64,000 nt of DNA from Chrysomallon squamiferum (GCA_012295275.1 CM022673.1:25296001-25360000), one strand, 5' to 3'. Counted from the stretch's first letter, positions 39,601-54,900 are shown. Translations and numbers: made by a program. Notes: generated by a model not told the origin, from the sequence alone.

Positions 39601-42600
39601 GATAATTCTGTTATTGAAAGAAAAGAAGAACCAGTAAGAAAACCATTTGGCCATTCATTCCAAGATTCATTTCTGAACTATTTGATGGGGAAAAAACAGG
39701 ACACACTGGAGAGTGTCAGAAGCAGTACAATTCACAAAAAACCTCAGTTACCAAAATATATTCCAGAACCACCTAGACCAAGGCCACCTCCAACAGCTGC
39801 CACTAAAGAATTCAACAGTGACTCTGATTTTGATAGTTCTTCCACAGCTGTCGAATTCTCTGACAGCGACAGAGAAACGAACAGGACTTTATCCAGAGCA
39901 GTGGCGTCTGCAATATCAAATCTAAGCGACGATGAATCAGGGGGTGCTGTCAGCAAGCCAAAGAGCGTGGCAACAAAGACAGGTGATTTAAAACTGAAAA
40001 TAACTTTTCCTCCGAATTATAAAGCTAACGATGAAATAAAGAGTAAAAGCAGTCGGGCACACAAAGTGTCAGGAAGCCACAGATCCAGTAAACCGATGTC
40101 TGCTGGTCGAGGTGGCAGGGCTAGAGGTGTTGGTCGTGGAAAAGGTAAAAGAAAGAGTGTTGACAGTGAGTGGAATCCTTTTGTTTCACAAGAGAACGAT
40201 CGGGAAGATAACCTTTCCTTCCCAATGAGAGAGAAAATATCACGTAGAGCCAAATCAGTGGCCATGGAAAAGAACACTAAAAAGAAAAAGAAAAGTAAGT
40301 GGTAACAAATAATGTGTGTTAAGACAGAGAAAAAAAAAATGTGATCCATGTTTTACTCAAACAGTGAGAGAAAAATGACTCACATATATTTGACTTCATG
40401 ATTAATTAAAAATTTATATTCAGATATAATTATTTTGTTATATAAAGTTAATTTCATGTCTGTGATTAGGGAACAGTTTAAAATAAATAAAAATATATTT
40501 TTGTTAATCCATACACCAGTGCAGTCAAAAAGGATTATATTTCACTAAAAATAAGGATGTAGAAATATGTCTTGTTACAGTAATCATTTCTGTTGAAATA
40601 TTTTCTGTACCAGTAATAAAACTGAACTTAATCTTGGTAATAATCATAATTTGCAATATGTAATATAAAGATATTGAAAAATTTGATTTCTTTTTTTTTT
40701 TAGAATGGTACAATTCTGATGCAAGTGACACAACAGATGAAGACTATGTACCCAGTGAACTAGAAGCTGAGATAGAAAAGGACTATGATTCTGACAAAGA
40801 CCCAGCATGGACACCTGTTGAAATGGTAATTGTTTTATTCATGATAACAGTTTAAACACAATTCATTAGAGGTTATATTTATCAAAAGCAGTTTCCAGTT
40901 TTATTACAGTTTAAGATTGCTTTAAAACATGTACCAGTAAATAAGGACAATCAAATTGTTTGTATTAATGGTTATCATTTGTTTAAACAAAATGAGAGAA
41001 TATGTAATTAATCAGACTTTCAGTAGACATTCTGTTTATTTTATTCCTTTATGTTCAGACTTCAGTTCTTGTTTTACTGTACTGTACTTTAATTTAATAT
41101 GTATAGGATATTAAGCAAACAGGATATGATGACCTAATTGAAAATCGACCTAAAAGAAAAAGATTCCCTTCAAAAGGAAAAAGGTTTGTTGAATTTATAA
41201 TAATTTTTGCTAAAATGTTTTTTGTTTTCGAGATGTCTTTTTTTTTTTCTGTTTTTTTTTTTAGTTTACTGTTACTATGAAATTTTATAGATGTTTACTT
41301 TGCTCACATTCATTCTATTCCTGTATTTTCATTCCAAAATAAATAGTTGTGTTCACACTAGTGTGGGTGGATTTGGACAACATTACATCAGATCTCTTTA
41401 ACTGTTAGTTTTTGATTATGGATAAATTGTTTTGAATTAATCAGGGGACGCATCATTGACTCCATCTTGAAGTCTTTTAACTACTTTTAGTGTTTCATTT
41501 TAAATAATAAATATGCAAAATGTTACAAATAACATTAATTATTGATGGAAAAGTATCCTAATTATTCATTTCTTTTCACAGTGCTTTTAATTTTATACAG
41601 ATATATTTTTTCTGACTTTGTTTTACTCCCAAACTCTGATGTATTTTTCTTTGTTCATTCTTTCTTAATTGAAACATTCAGCTGTTCAAGAAACTAAAAA
41701 AAAAACAAAAAAACATATATCATCATCATTAAGTTAATTTAATTGTTTGAGAAAAATTGAACAAATTATAATAAGATTATTTCTTTACTTCCTTAAAGCA
41801 GGACTCCAAGAAGTCGGACAGACAGTGGGAAAAGACGGTCTTCAGCTGCAGAGGCTGATATCAACATGGAGGACTCATCAGTGACCTCTGCAGACCAAGT
41901 GAGAGAAAGTGATGGAAAAGATTACTTAGAAGACAGCGACACAAAAGAGGAGAAACCTGATGATTCAGAACACTTCCAGGTTACCTTAGCATTACTTGCG
42001 TAAAAAAAAAAATGGTTACCAAATTTTCCTAATTAAGTGTAGTTTTTCCTGACTCTATAATCAGATCACAATGTTTTCTTATTTTCATCCAAAAGTTTGT
42101 GTTTTGTCAGTCCTTTCAGTTGATAACTCATTTATTTAGGCCTTTTTAATCTGGAGAAAATTATAAAGATTTTCTGAATGGTTTACTTCCATGACTTGGT
42201 TGATGATATTGCTTCAAACAGTCTCTGTAAAAAAAATTTCTTCCATTTGTATGCCATTTATTAAAGAGGAATATAATTATTAAAAATACAAACAGATCAA
42301 TAAATATGAAAAATTTAGAAAAGAAAATTTACTGGCAGTACAAACAATTTATTTTTTACCAAATGTTTTATAGACCAGACCAGTAAAAAAAACAAAATTA
42401 TTCTCATTTTGTTGAATGAATCAGCAGATGTCTTGACATTCACAAATAATATAAATTATTTTAATTTGTTAATTTTTAAAATTAAATAACTTATTGTACT
42501 TCTGTGTGTCTCAACAGGTTGGAAGATTTGTAATGGAAAAAAAAGATGTAGATAATTATGACAGTTATCCTATCTGGAAACTGGAACAGGGTCTGATGAT

Positions 42601-44088
42601 GCACAAGTACGAGTTTTTCATCGAAGATGGCAAAATAAAACACCGAAATGTGTCCACTGTGAGTTTAACAACTTCCACTGAAATTGACTTTTCTTATTTA
42701 AATGTTGAATTATAAAAAAATGGCAAACAGGTTTTCTAAAAACATTTAGAGCTTCACATCTTGTTTCTCTGGCCGCAAAATATAAATGAATCCACATTTT
42801 CACTTCTGTGATCAGCTTTTTCTTTTACTTGAACAAACACATAATTTGAGCTTTATTGAAATAAAATATTAACAAATGGATAGTTAAAAAAAAAAACATG
42901 CATTAATCTTTCTACTCTAATAACTGTGTATTAATTATTTCATGTGGTATGCAGTTTGTTTGATGTTTTTATCATGTATGCATGCCCCATATTCTTTTTA
43001 AAGATATTTCCATATTAGTAGAATATTCAGTGAACTTTTGACCTATTTGTTTAGATTAATATGAATGAAGGGGAAAATATAAATAAACAACTGACACACA
43101 CCATTAAATTTTCTGACAGATATATATATATATACACACAAAAGGGATCTTTTCATAACCACATTCATGAATAATTCAAGTAAGATTGCTTGGGAAAAAA
43201 AGTTCCAGTCGCACCAGCAGTTATATATTTCACATTTGAAACAAAGTTTTATTCAAGAAGGTAAAAAAGTAGTTGAGAAGAACTGTTAAGTTATTATTTC
43301 AGATAAGATAATCTGTAATATGTAGTTTCAGTCTGCATGAATATATTTCTTTATAATTAAAATTTGCATTTGTGTACCTTCATTTCTCTGCACCTACACT
43401 TGTTTATCAGCACATTTAATTTGGTGGAGATAAAATGAATGGCAGCACCAGAAACAGATAAACTTTCATCACAATTCCTGCATAAAAATCCAAAAGGCAG
43501 GCAAAAAAATATGAATTAAAGTGCTGAATTAAGGACACATTTTTGTCTGCAAAAACCTTAAATCTTTGAAATATATTGTTAAATTTCTCACGTTTCATAA
43601 CAGTTTTGGGAAATACATATTGACTTTTGTCTGTTCTGCCCATTATTCCAAATTGAAACACTTCACTGATTAGAAACATATGTTACAGCAACATTTATTC
43701 TATCAGTACTTTATTAAGCTAATTATTAATGTAGTCTGCAGCAAATGTTGTTGTTTGTTGTTTATTTTTTTTAATTTAATTTTTTTTAATTTGAAACAGA
43801 TATATTATAAAAAATACCCATCTGCTTTAGATTAAACAAATAAAATTTTTAACTACCTTAACACCTTTCCAAAATAAACTTGAACATTAATCTGTATTAA
43901 CCTGAGCAATATTTTCATTTTTAGTTGTTTACTTAAATTATTTGAATTTTGTACATCTTAAATTACTGTGATTTATTATCATATTTCCTTTAGGGTGATA
44001 GGTGATAAGATCCTTGTTTTTATTTCCCATTCCAACCAATCTGCAGTAAATCAAATGCTGTGTGTTGAGTGTGTGTATGTGTGTGTAG

Positions 44089-44131
<43 letters not shown>

Positions 44132-44258
44132 TCCGTGTGGATATGTATATGTGTGTGAGTAGATACAGGTGTATGTTTGTTTGTGTGTGTGTGTGTGTGT
44201 TTGCATGTGGATATATATGTGTGTGAGTAGATGTATATTTATCTATATCGTATCTATC

Positions 44259-44291
<33 letters not shown>

Positions 44292-47200
44292 ATATATAGA
44301 TATATATTAGTGTTTCTCTGATTCAGAAAAAGGCAGTGGGCAGGTAGAAAAAGTGACATTTTTTTCATATTACCTGTCTTTAAAAGGGCAGAGTTGACAA
44401 GTCTCAACTTTCATGAATATTTGATGGCACAAAAAAGTACTGTTCATATTTGTTTATTGGCACTAAAAAGTATTTTTGGGTTGACAAAGTGATACCTGCA
44501 GGCAATGATAATTATAGACAGATATGTGGCAATATTGCAATATTTTTTGGTACATCTTTTTGAGAATTTAGTCAAATGAGGGCAGGCATTTTCTGAATTT
44601 CTGTCACAAAGGCAGCCCCAAAAAGGGGCAGGGTGGACCACCCTCTTATTCCTGCATGGGGGAAAAACTATATATATATATATATATATATAAATATACA
44701 AAATCAAAATCTAAGATAACTGTCATAACAGTTTATATATTTTTCTGAAATAATTACCATTTTCTCTTATCACAGTACTCAAGCTGGACGACTTCAATGA
44801 AAGACCAGTTTAATCCAATACGAGTGAGAGTTTTGTCTGTGAATAAATCTGCTGCTGACTACAAGGAAATTGTAGAAGTACTGGAAGAATATCAGCCAAA
44901 ACCACCAGTTGATGGCAGGTGAGGTTTTTTTAAAATACTGGTGACTTTGGTGTCATAACCACATTCAAGTTAATTTTGTCATTTTCGTATTTAAATTAAA
45001 AATAAAATAAGTTAAAATTTCAGTATTTTAAACTACATTCAAAGTATTTAAAATAAAATAATAGTAAATAAATTATTTGAACTGAAAAAAAAAAAAAATA
45101 AAAATTTCAGGATTGTATTTTAAAATTATTCAAATTAATTTTATTGTTTTATTGCTTGAATTAAAATAAAAAAATAATTATAATTACAGGATTTGAGTTT
45201 AAAAAGGTTAACTTTGATTCTTGAAATTGATTCTTGCATTTATCCTTAATTAATATTTTTTTTTTTATCATGGATTCACTCTTAACATATATTTTTTCAC
45301 TGTTAAATATCAACTGTCTATTTATATTCAGTATAAGTATTTTTTGGCTTTCTAATATATTTTCAAAACAATTTTGTAGCCTCAAAAGTAGTTTAGTTTT
45401 GTTTTCATAAAAATTAAGACATCAACACAGTTCATGATTATTAAGAAAATATATTACATAGGGTGATAGGGACACAAAGCTAACATTTAACAAATTCAAT
45501 TGTGTCTTAAATTTCTGTCGAAAGGACACCTAAAGACCAAATTGTTTAATTTGCAGTTTATTTTTATAATTTTTGTCTTCCTGTTATGTTAATTTGTTAA
45601 AAATCAGTTGATATAAGAAGTATTCAGCTGTGTAGACAACAAGTATAAAATATTTTTACTTATGATGCGTTCATGTCTCGTTTTTTTATTTGTTTTGATT
45701 TTTCTTTTAGCTTGGAAACGAAATATGAGGATGATCCACTGGTAGATCTTTTTAATGTGTATCTTCAAATATTTCTCAGCCAGTCATTGGAACCTGGTTT
45801 TTTGAGTGCAATTACAGAGTCACAAGGTATATCAGTATTTTTATTTATTTTCATACTGCCTTATTAATATATGAAAAATTCATTGTATTTTTTAACACAT
45901 TCATGAAAACAAAATTCTAGATTCCATTTTAGTAATTTAAGATTGATCTTTTTTCCTTCTTCTTCATCTATTTTATTTTATTTTTTATTGCTCTTTGTTA
46001 TTTTTACATAAAACATGTTGTTTCTGTTTTCCATATTGTAGTGTTATTTTTACAGTAATTGATTTAAAATAAATTACAGTCATTTAAATGAAATGCTCAT
46101 TTTAAACAGTTTTAATATCCTCTTGAAGTGTACAGCTATAAGTGGTCTTTGTCAAAATTAATAGAACATTTTTAATAAAATCCACAATGTAAATAGAAAG
46201 ATTTATCTATGCAATTTAAGAAAGGATGGCAGATAGCTGTAATGCATAAAAAATTGTGTAGTTGTTTTGCAATTTCATGTTAATCTTTCTAAAACAGCAT
46301 ATGTTGTTGGTCCCAAGTGTATCTTGTTTTTGACAGTCTGCTATACTTTTATTAGACAGCTTTTACATCTACTTTTGACTGTTCTTTGTCTTATGCAATA
46401 ATTAATAATAATAACAATAGGAAATTATATATGTTTGCATAGTGTGTGTGTGTGTGTGTGTGTGTGTTTGTGTGTATTGTATAGAATTAATTTACTATAA
46501 AAATATCAAGTAAGATTATTTTGGGTCCATATTTGAATATGAAAAGAAACAATATATTTTTATTTCAGATAATTTCTACTTGTCTGCTCTTGAAAAAATA
46601 GATAAGCTTATTGGATTGAAACTAGAAGATATAGATAGAAAAATAAAATGGAAACCTGCTTTTAAGGTAGCACAGATTTCTTTGTTAACATGTTTTGTTG
46701 TTTTGTAAATAGTATATATATCTATATCTATATATATATATATATATAAAACAGTATTGTAGAATTATTTTTGTTACATGAAACAGTGCTTTTAAAATTC
46801 TTTAAAATAACTATGATGAATTCATAATTCTGTAAATAAAATAAGAATTATCTTTGAAAAAAAAGTATTTAATTAAAAAGAACAAAATATAATATCAGTA
46901 CATTTAGTAGAGTTAGCAGTCATAATTTTGATTTCTACTGTCTCAATATCTGGATATTGTCTGCTTTTCACTAGTTAAGATTTACAGTGTAACATCTATG
47001 AAGTTTAAAATATACATTAGTTGATTTGAGTAAGTTAGTATTCTTCTAATCATTAAAGCTTTTCTTTCTAATCAGGATAATATATTTTTTTTCCTTTCAT
47101 TTTTTTTTAATTTTTTATCAAGGAATGTTTAAAATCAAAACCAGAGCTTAGGGAAATTGATCGTCCAAATCTGAAACAAAGCTGCCAGGTATGTAAAATT

Positions 47201-49198
47201 TAAAACCACCAATGACACAGATGTAGTCATTTTACATGTTACACAACATGTTATTAAAATATTTAAATATTGGACTTTTAGTCCTGCTGAACAGCCAAGT
47301 TTAACACTACTTCAACAGATGTTTAATAACAGCTTTAAAATTAGATAAATGTATTTCCATTTAATTCCCACGTTGCTTGCAGAACACAGAATATGAGTTA
47401 TGAGGAATTTAAATGATCCCTATTGCTTTATCACGTTGGTTTAGTGACTTTTATAATATTCTCTTAAGAATAAATTACATGATTAGAGTTTTAAATATGT
47501 TGTGTTTTCAGTAACCAATTGTTTATTTATTTATTTGTTTGTTTGTTTGTTTTTTTTTATTTTTATTTTTATTTTTTTTCAGGCTTGTGAGAATTCTAGT
47601 CCTCCAACTATCAAATCAGTTCATTTTACGGGTCTGTTGTACGACAGATTTGACCTGGGAGAACTGCCCGACGTGGTTGATCATTCAACATCAACTGTGA
47701 GTTTGACATTACTAACAGCTTAGAGTAATTATTAAAACACATTACTGGATTTTTATTTATTTATATATTTTTTTTAAATCTAGTTAGTGTTACTAACAGC
47801 TATCAGTGTTTTCCAGCTTATAGTAATTTATAAAAATTCTGCTTTTTTATTTTTATTTCATTAAATAAAACAATTAAAATCTAGTTAATGTTACTAACAG
47901 CTGTCTGTGTTTTCCAGCTTATAGTAATTATTAAAATTCTGCTTTTTTATTTTTATTTTTTAAAATAAAACAATTAAAATCTAGTTAATTCCTGTTAAAA
48001 CATCAACTGTGAAATTAACATTATTTACAGCTATCAGTGTTTACTAGCTTCTAGTAATTATTAAAATTCTGCTTTTTTATTTTTTATTTTTAAAATAAAA
48101 CAATTAAAATCTAGTTAATTCCTGTTAAAACTTTTTCAGTTCATTATATTTTTGCTTATTTTGTATATATATAAAACATCAGTGAAGTTAAACTTGTTAC
48201 AGAAAGGACAGAAGTTTTGTTTGTCAGTTTGGATTACAGAAAGTTCTCTTTAGCAACATTGTATGTTATTAACTGTTTTATTTCATTGTTTTTTTAGGAA
48301 TTTATGATTGGAAAGACTGCTGCTCAGTATGTGAATATTTACCATGGTTTATATCACTTCAAGTACAACCTGTATAAGAAATGTCTCTCAAAGGTTTGTA
48401 TTATAATTCTTTTTCTTTTTTTTAAAGATTACGAATTAAAATATTATCTGCTAAATAAATAATGGATGAAGTATACTAAAAATAGGTATATTCCACACAC
48501 ATTTTTTTATACACTTATTGTTATTTTGTAACAGATTATATTAAGAGAACATAAACTTTTGTTTTATTTCTGTTAACAGGTTAAATTAATAAAGGAAAGC
48601 AATGAACAGCTGGGAAATGAGGCCATTTTGGACCAGTGTCTACAGAATAGAACGTGGGTACTGAAGGTAAACACTTTCTGTTTTTTTTTTTTTTTTTATT
48701 TTTTAATTAAAATTAAATTAATCTTCTTTTTTGTTTACATTTATTCCAAGCACATACTTGATATTAATTAATAACCGACTGTAACAGATTTCCCAATATG
48801 TGAGTGTTTATTTTATAAAATAAATTGCTCCAAAGCTTGATAAAACTCTGACATGTCACTGAGGACTTCCTGGTGCAGATATCCTGTGTTCTACATGTCA
48901 TAAGTTTACCTTATGGCTTTATGTCAATAATATTATATAAAGAAAAGCAAAATAATTTTTAAAATTATTTTAAGTAGAAACTGAATTCCATGTCAGATAT
49001 ATAATAGACTTTTGTAGTCATAATTTACTTCTTTTATTTCTGATACTTCAGCATCAAAGATTAAACAAAATGTTACATTTCTTCTTCAGTTTTTATTCCA
49101 AAGCATTTTTCCATAGTGTACATTCAATACCTTCATGTTTTGATTTTTGTTTTCTTCAGATATTCGAAGAACTCAAACGACTCTTGGATCGAAGTTGA
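36653..49198 (+). CDS. QSER1: QSER1/PRR12-like glutamine/serine-rich protein with C-terminal DUF4211 domain
   Basis: Phase-consistent exons: 36653-36752, 37046-40294, 40704-40825, 41107-41183, 41802-41979, 42518-42658, 44776-44918, 45711-45826 (FNVYLQIFLSQSLEPGFL), 46569-46666, 47123-47188, 47583-47696, 48298-48393 (YHGLYHFKYNLYKKC), 48580-48666, 49160-49198 (TGA). S/Q/P/H-rich N-terminal part with a FQDSFLNYL motif; the C-terminal exons resemble the QSER1/PRR12 DUF4211 region. Confidence 0.85.
37046..40294 (+). CDS. QSER1: 3249-nt low-complexity exon of the QSER1/PRR12-like gene
   Basis: Inside the 1096-aa ORF; poly-T+CAG acceptor at 37045, GTAAGT donor at 40295. Confidence 0.88.
44058..44307. 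repeat. Compound (GT)n/(TA)n microsatellite
   Basis: Direct observation. Confidence 0.9.
44308..44670. mobile_element. hAT-like MITE inserted in a (TA)n tract in a QSER1-like intron
   Basis: Ends TAGTGTTTCTC...GGAAAAACTA are imperfectly inverted; repeated subterminal GGCAG motifs; GC-richer than the flanks; flanked by TA repeats. Confidence 0.5.
47777..48131. repeat. Intronic tandem repeat, unit of about 100-130 bp x3
   Basis: AATCTAGTTA...TAGTAATT...AAAATTCTGCTTTTTTATTTTTAT...AAATAAAACAATTAA recurs at 47777, 47878 and 47978, with a partial copy at 48108. Confidence 0.85.
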
Positions 49199-50032
49199 CA
49201 TGGATTCACTTACTATGATTATTAAATCGTTTGCCTTACACTGATTTCACTTGTGCAGGGATATTCATAAACCGAGCATATTACTAGTGCAAGATGACCA
49301 GCTTTAACATAAATAGTGCTCATTTAATGATATTTTAACTTGGTATGTATCACTTGGAGACAATTGTTTTACAGACAATCTTTTAGTATTTTTTGTACTC
49401 TTGTGATAAGGCGAAGCAGCTGTTTATAAAACCCATTCCTCTCTAGTACCGCTTTATATTACACTCAGTATGTGAAGATGTTTTATTTTTCAAAACACTT
49501 GACACTAATTTTTAATGTTATGGTAACCAGAAAGGTGCTGAGTTGTCTGAAATATTAAATTTAATTGTTATAAAATTGACCTATTGAAATAATTTTTTTA
49601 AAGTTTTTCTGTACGAATTGTATGTTTATAAATAATAATGTATTACACAGTTTCTTTTAAAGATAAGTTTATCAGTTGATATCATTTCATAATGCAACCA
49701 GAATGAAATTTCTACAATTATTGTTGTACAAGTTAACCAGACTTTCCTATATATATATATATAACCATTATCATTTTAGATTCCATTTTAATTTCATTAT
49801 CATGTATATAATCTTACCTGCCTTCAGTTTATGTTTAGACATAAAGTTAAAAACAATATTTTATGTGTGTTATAAGCATGGCTGTGTGTTTTCTTGTTGA
49901 GTTTCATCTGGTGTTTATTTATTTTCACTGCAAATACAGTTGTATAATAAGAGAAAAAAACTGTAAAGTGTTCAGGTTTCTTGTTAGTTTGTGATATATT
50001 TGTTGTCATTTTGTGGGTTATTTTTATTTTTA

Positions 50033-50065
<33 letters not shown>

Positions 50066-51367
50066 TTTTTTTTTTTTATTTAAGTTATTTTCTTTTTATT
50101 TTATATTTTTATTATTACTTTTTTTTTAATCATTTCTTTATCGCGTAGAATATTGTGTTCATATATTATTTCTGAGATGTTATATCATTCTTTAGGCTGA
50201 ACCCCTTTCTTTATCTGTTGCACATTTTATCTAGATTTTCCGTGTTTTTATTTATAATCTGTAAGATGTAATCAGTAACCTACTAACCCCACTGAACAAA
50301 CAGGTGTCCACGAGTATTTATATGTTGCACAGCATTTTGTTAATGGTTTTATTGTGATGTGATTGTTGCTAAACATTTTTAGTGAAAACAGTTTTCATTT
50401 ATTTACTTCGTACAGTATAGTTCACACATGGAAAAAAAAAAATATATATATATATTAGAATATATATAACTTTTTGGCTACTTATCATTTTTACTAACCA
50501 GACAGTGGTGTCTTTCTCTCTAAGCATTTTTTCTTTATTGGCAATCCAAATCAAACAGAAATGGCCAAGCATTTTTTGTAAATTGTTACTATCATTGTAA
50601 ATGCATTTATCTATATCACAGTATCAAGTTATAAAAAAAATAATAATAATAATTTTTAAAAAAAATAAGTAGACAAAATCACTTTTAGCATGTATTTATA
50701 AAGAAATAAAAATAATTTTTAAATTATTTAATTAATATTCATTCTTCAAAATTTTTTAAGTATTACTAGCATGTCTGTACAACATCAGGTAGATTTATAA
50801 CCATAAATAATTCTGCTGATATTTATTCCAGTATTTGATTTGTTATTTATTTATATAGTTTTAATGTTATGAAATTGCATGTTTTAAGGATATCATTTAC
50901 AAATGATTCTTCAGTATTTTAGAGGTATCTGAAGAAATATTTAGGCTTGTCAGTATAATGTTATGTCAGTTAATGAAGGTTTGTTTTGGGGGTTTTTTAG
51001 ATGAAAAAATAAAAGAAGCAAAAAGGTTTAATAAATGCATCATTTCTGAGAACACATTTTTACAGAAGTGTAACAGATCTTAAATTCATAATTCTGTCCT
51101 AACATATGAAATATTTACAAAACTTCTGATGGGATTTAAATATACTAAATAATTTTCTTTAATTTTTTTTTCTTGATTTTCTTTTTGTTGTTGTTGTTTG
51201 TTTTGGTTTATAAATTGCATAATCAGGAGACAGTCTGTAAATATAATCACATACTCTTAAAACCTATGTATAGATAAATTATGTTTGTGTTGTGATAGAG
51301 CATGCATATTATTTGAAAGGCATAGTGTATGTTGAAACTGAACCTTTTTCAGAAGTATATATATTAT

Positions 51368-51369
<2 letters not shown>

Positions 51370-51402
<33 letters not shown>
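51370..51402. repeat. (CA)n microsatellite
   Basis: Direct observation. Confidence 0.9.
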
Positions 51403-51403
<1 letters not shown>

Positions 51404-51907
51404 TTGTTTTCTTTTTTATGTATGTTACAAAATCCTGTGTCTACATCCAGTGTCAAGTATCTTTTAATGACAATTACCTGATAAAATTACTTTCTCTTTG
51501 TTGCAATTCAGCAGTTTTATACCTTTTATTTCTTACTTCTGTTAACTGACTGTACTGCATGAAATTTAATGAATGACATAGTATAATATTTATATTTTTA
51601 GACCAAGTCCAAACTCTTACAACCTTTTATAATCTATTCTGTCTTAGCTTCACTGCAATCTGAATTGCAGTATAATTTTTAAATGTTTTTTTATTATTAT
51701 TATTATTAAACAAATTTTATTTATTCTAAAGGAACCAGTGTTATTAAAAAAAAAAAACTTCTTAACAACTGACCTGTGTTTATATTTTATTATTAATTGT
51801 CTGTACCATTGTTTACCGTGTTACTTAAAACTAATTATAATACCATTACAGAGATAACTGTTATTGTGATTGTGTAATTATGTTGTTTAGGTGTGGTTTC
51901 TTTTCTC

Positions 51908-51909
51908 AT

Positions 51910-51960
<51 letters not shown>
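51908..51960. repeat. (TTTA)n microsatellite
   Basis: Direct observation. Confidence 0.9.
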
Positions 51961-51961
<1 letters not shown>

Positions 51962-54900
51962 ATTTTGTTTTATAAAGGTCTGAATGAAAAATAATTTATA
52001 TAAACAGAAATGAGACTTGAGTTGCCTATTTTCAGACAGTTCTCAAGCAAACAGTTTTAATTTTCTCACTTAACAGAGCTTCTGTCCTGAATCTCACTGT
52101 CTTTGTCTGTATTATAAACAAATGATGATTTCTTGTTTTGTGTTAAGTGAAAGGTAAAAAAGCTTTACAGGGTGTCTTACAGGACAACTGCCAAAACTTT
52201 TCAAACTTGTTTTGATTATTTTCTCATACACAAATGGCTTGTTTCAACCCATATTTGTTTTACTTTATATATATTTTTTTTTTTTAAATTAAATTAACCA
52301 TCACTGTGTTGTAAACAGAGATAATATATAAAATTTTTCTTTAAAATAATCTTAATATATGATCAAAAAAAGGGTTTAGAAGAATTAGCATATTTCATTT
52401 CTAGTCAAATTTGTACATTATTGTAATTTATCTGTTTTCTTGTAAAATTGTCTTTGTTTGTGTGCATATATTTATGTAGAAAGAGTTCTCATCCTAGAAA
52501 CTTTAAAAAAAAAAGAACCCACATTAATTTGAATTTTCTAAAAATGATATTCATGAAAATTAATCTTCGTTGTTGTTGAAAATTATTTCTTGTTGTATCT
52601 GGTTGATTTTATTATGCATGCTTACCTCACCTCATGGGCTATTTCAGATGTACACAAAGAAAAAAAAATGTGTAAAAGTTTTATTTATTTAATCAGTTTT
52701 GTGATTGTTGAATTTCTGTTTTTTCCTCAGAGTGGAGCTAATCATGTGATTTTCAGATTATTGCTTGTTTGTTACTTGTCAGTAGCTTAGAGGTTGAAAA
52801 ATCATCATGGCAATATTTAGTGTTATTTGTTTGTATAAATGAAACTGGAATACTTCATTCTAAGACTTTTAATAAAGCATGTTTTATATGGGGCTGTCAT
52901 TATTTGCTTGAATAAAGAGACATCCAATAAAGTCACTGACCACAAGTTATGGTAACAGTTAATTATCCATTTTTATTATAAAAAAAAATTAAGAATTAGA
53001 AAAATTAAAAATTATGAAAGAACAACCTAGAGAAATATATATGTAGAGAACACATTACCTCAAGGAAAACTACATCTATTAATTATTCTATCTCAAAAAT
53101 AATGTTTGTTAATAGAGAACCATGAGTTTTATTACTAATTAGTAATTGTGATCAAATGTAAAAACAATAAAACCATATTAACTAATTGCTAAGGGTAGAC
53201 TTGTCAGATTCACAAATTGTCTAAAATATTTCATTTTTCACAGAAGTGCTTGTCACACAGTATAAATGCATTTAAGTATTGTAGATTTATATAACCATCA
53301 TGAAACGGTCAACTGAAGTAAAATTTGTTTTTGTTTTATTGTTCACTTGTTAGGTAATGGTTCAAACCATGAGCTGGGTGATACACACACTGTCAACAAT
53401 TTTATGTTGTTGGAAAAACAAACCCAATTGTTTATTTTAATTGTTTATGATTTTATATAATTTATTATTTTTTATATTTTTATATTTTTTCAACTCGCAT
53501 AATATTTTTTTAGGTTTGGCTGGGTTTTGGAGAGGTGGGGCTTTATGTTTGCTTATTGAACTGTTACATTCTTGATGTGATCGGTCTTGGATTACTTACA
53601 TGGATCTTTATTAAATTGTTTTCAGTTTATATGTCTGTTCTCAGTGCTCTACTTATATAACGATACTATTATGTACTATACACACTGTATCAAAATTAAA
53701 CCTTTTTTGTATTTCAGTTTAGTATCAACCAAAAATATGTTTTCAAATAATTGTTTGTTTTCACTGATGATTTGGCTCGTATTATTCTAGACCACAAAAT
53801 GGCAGATTAATTTAATGCTTAGTATATTGGAATAAGTGTCATTATAGAAAACAAGTATTTTGAAAAAAAAAAAAAAAAAAACCTTTTTTTATGTTGTGTT
53901 GTATCAGATCATTTGCTGATATTAAAAAACTATGATATGTGTAACAGGGAAAATACATCTTCAGCTAAATTCGGAGAAATATTTTAAAACTAAGTTTTAA
54001 AAACACATTAAAAAATAAAAACAGGGAAAAATAAATTGTTTGATATGATTGCATAGAATGACAAGAAGTATGGTTATAATGCAGAAAGTCAGGCCCCTTT
54101 AAAATTTATTATTATAATAGAGTTAATTGCTGTTTTGGGTTTTTATTTTCTTTTCTTCTTTTTTTTAAATATTATTTTGATTTATATATTCATTTATTAT
54201 ATATATATATATATATATATATTCACTTAATAGTTTTGAAATTATGATAATTGTAATCTATGAACATTATATTTAATAAAGTTTATTTATTTTTTTTTTT
54301 TAAATTTAATTTGAAATGTACAGGTGATAATTTAAACCTATGGCATGCATTGGAATGAATACTGTTATGGGACAAACTTAAAAACAAAAATTTATAAAAC
54401 AATGGCAGCATCCTGTAATACATTTTCCATTGTATTTAGAGACTGAAAGTTTATACAGATTTGTTATTAATTGTTGTGTTGTCGTATATGTACTTTTGCC
54501 GTTTCTAAAAGACAAACATGTTTCAAAATTGTTTATAAATACGGTAATATTAGTTCTATAAAAAATTTGCATGAATGATTTGAGTTTTTCACTGTTGTGA
54601 CAGGAAGTACAGATCAGTGTCATAATTGTTCAGATGTGAGAGGTGAAAAAGTGTATTATTAAAATGAACCATGTAAAATGGATTATATTTCATCAGCGGT
54701 GTTTTAAATGTGTGACTAAAAATATAAATAAAAGAAATTATGTTGTTTCATATGTTGATTATTAGAGTGATTTCATTTGTTTAAATAAAAAAATATATAT
54801 ATGTTGCTTCTTTAATTGAATTTTGTTTTTACTGATCAAATATCCCAACCTCAATGTTTTCTGTGTTGAAAGTAAATGATGGAAAGATAAATTAATCTTG

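Noticed and set aside
43938-44285. 115-aa THTHTH ORF and the opposite CVCVCV ORF
   Set aside because: Translation of a (GT)n/(TA)n microsatellite.
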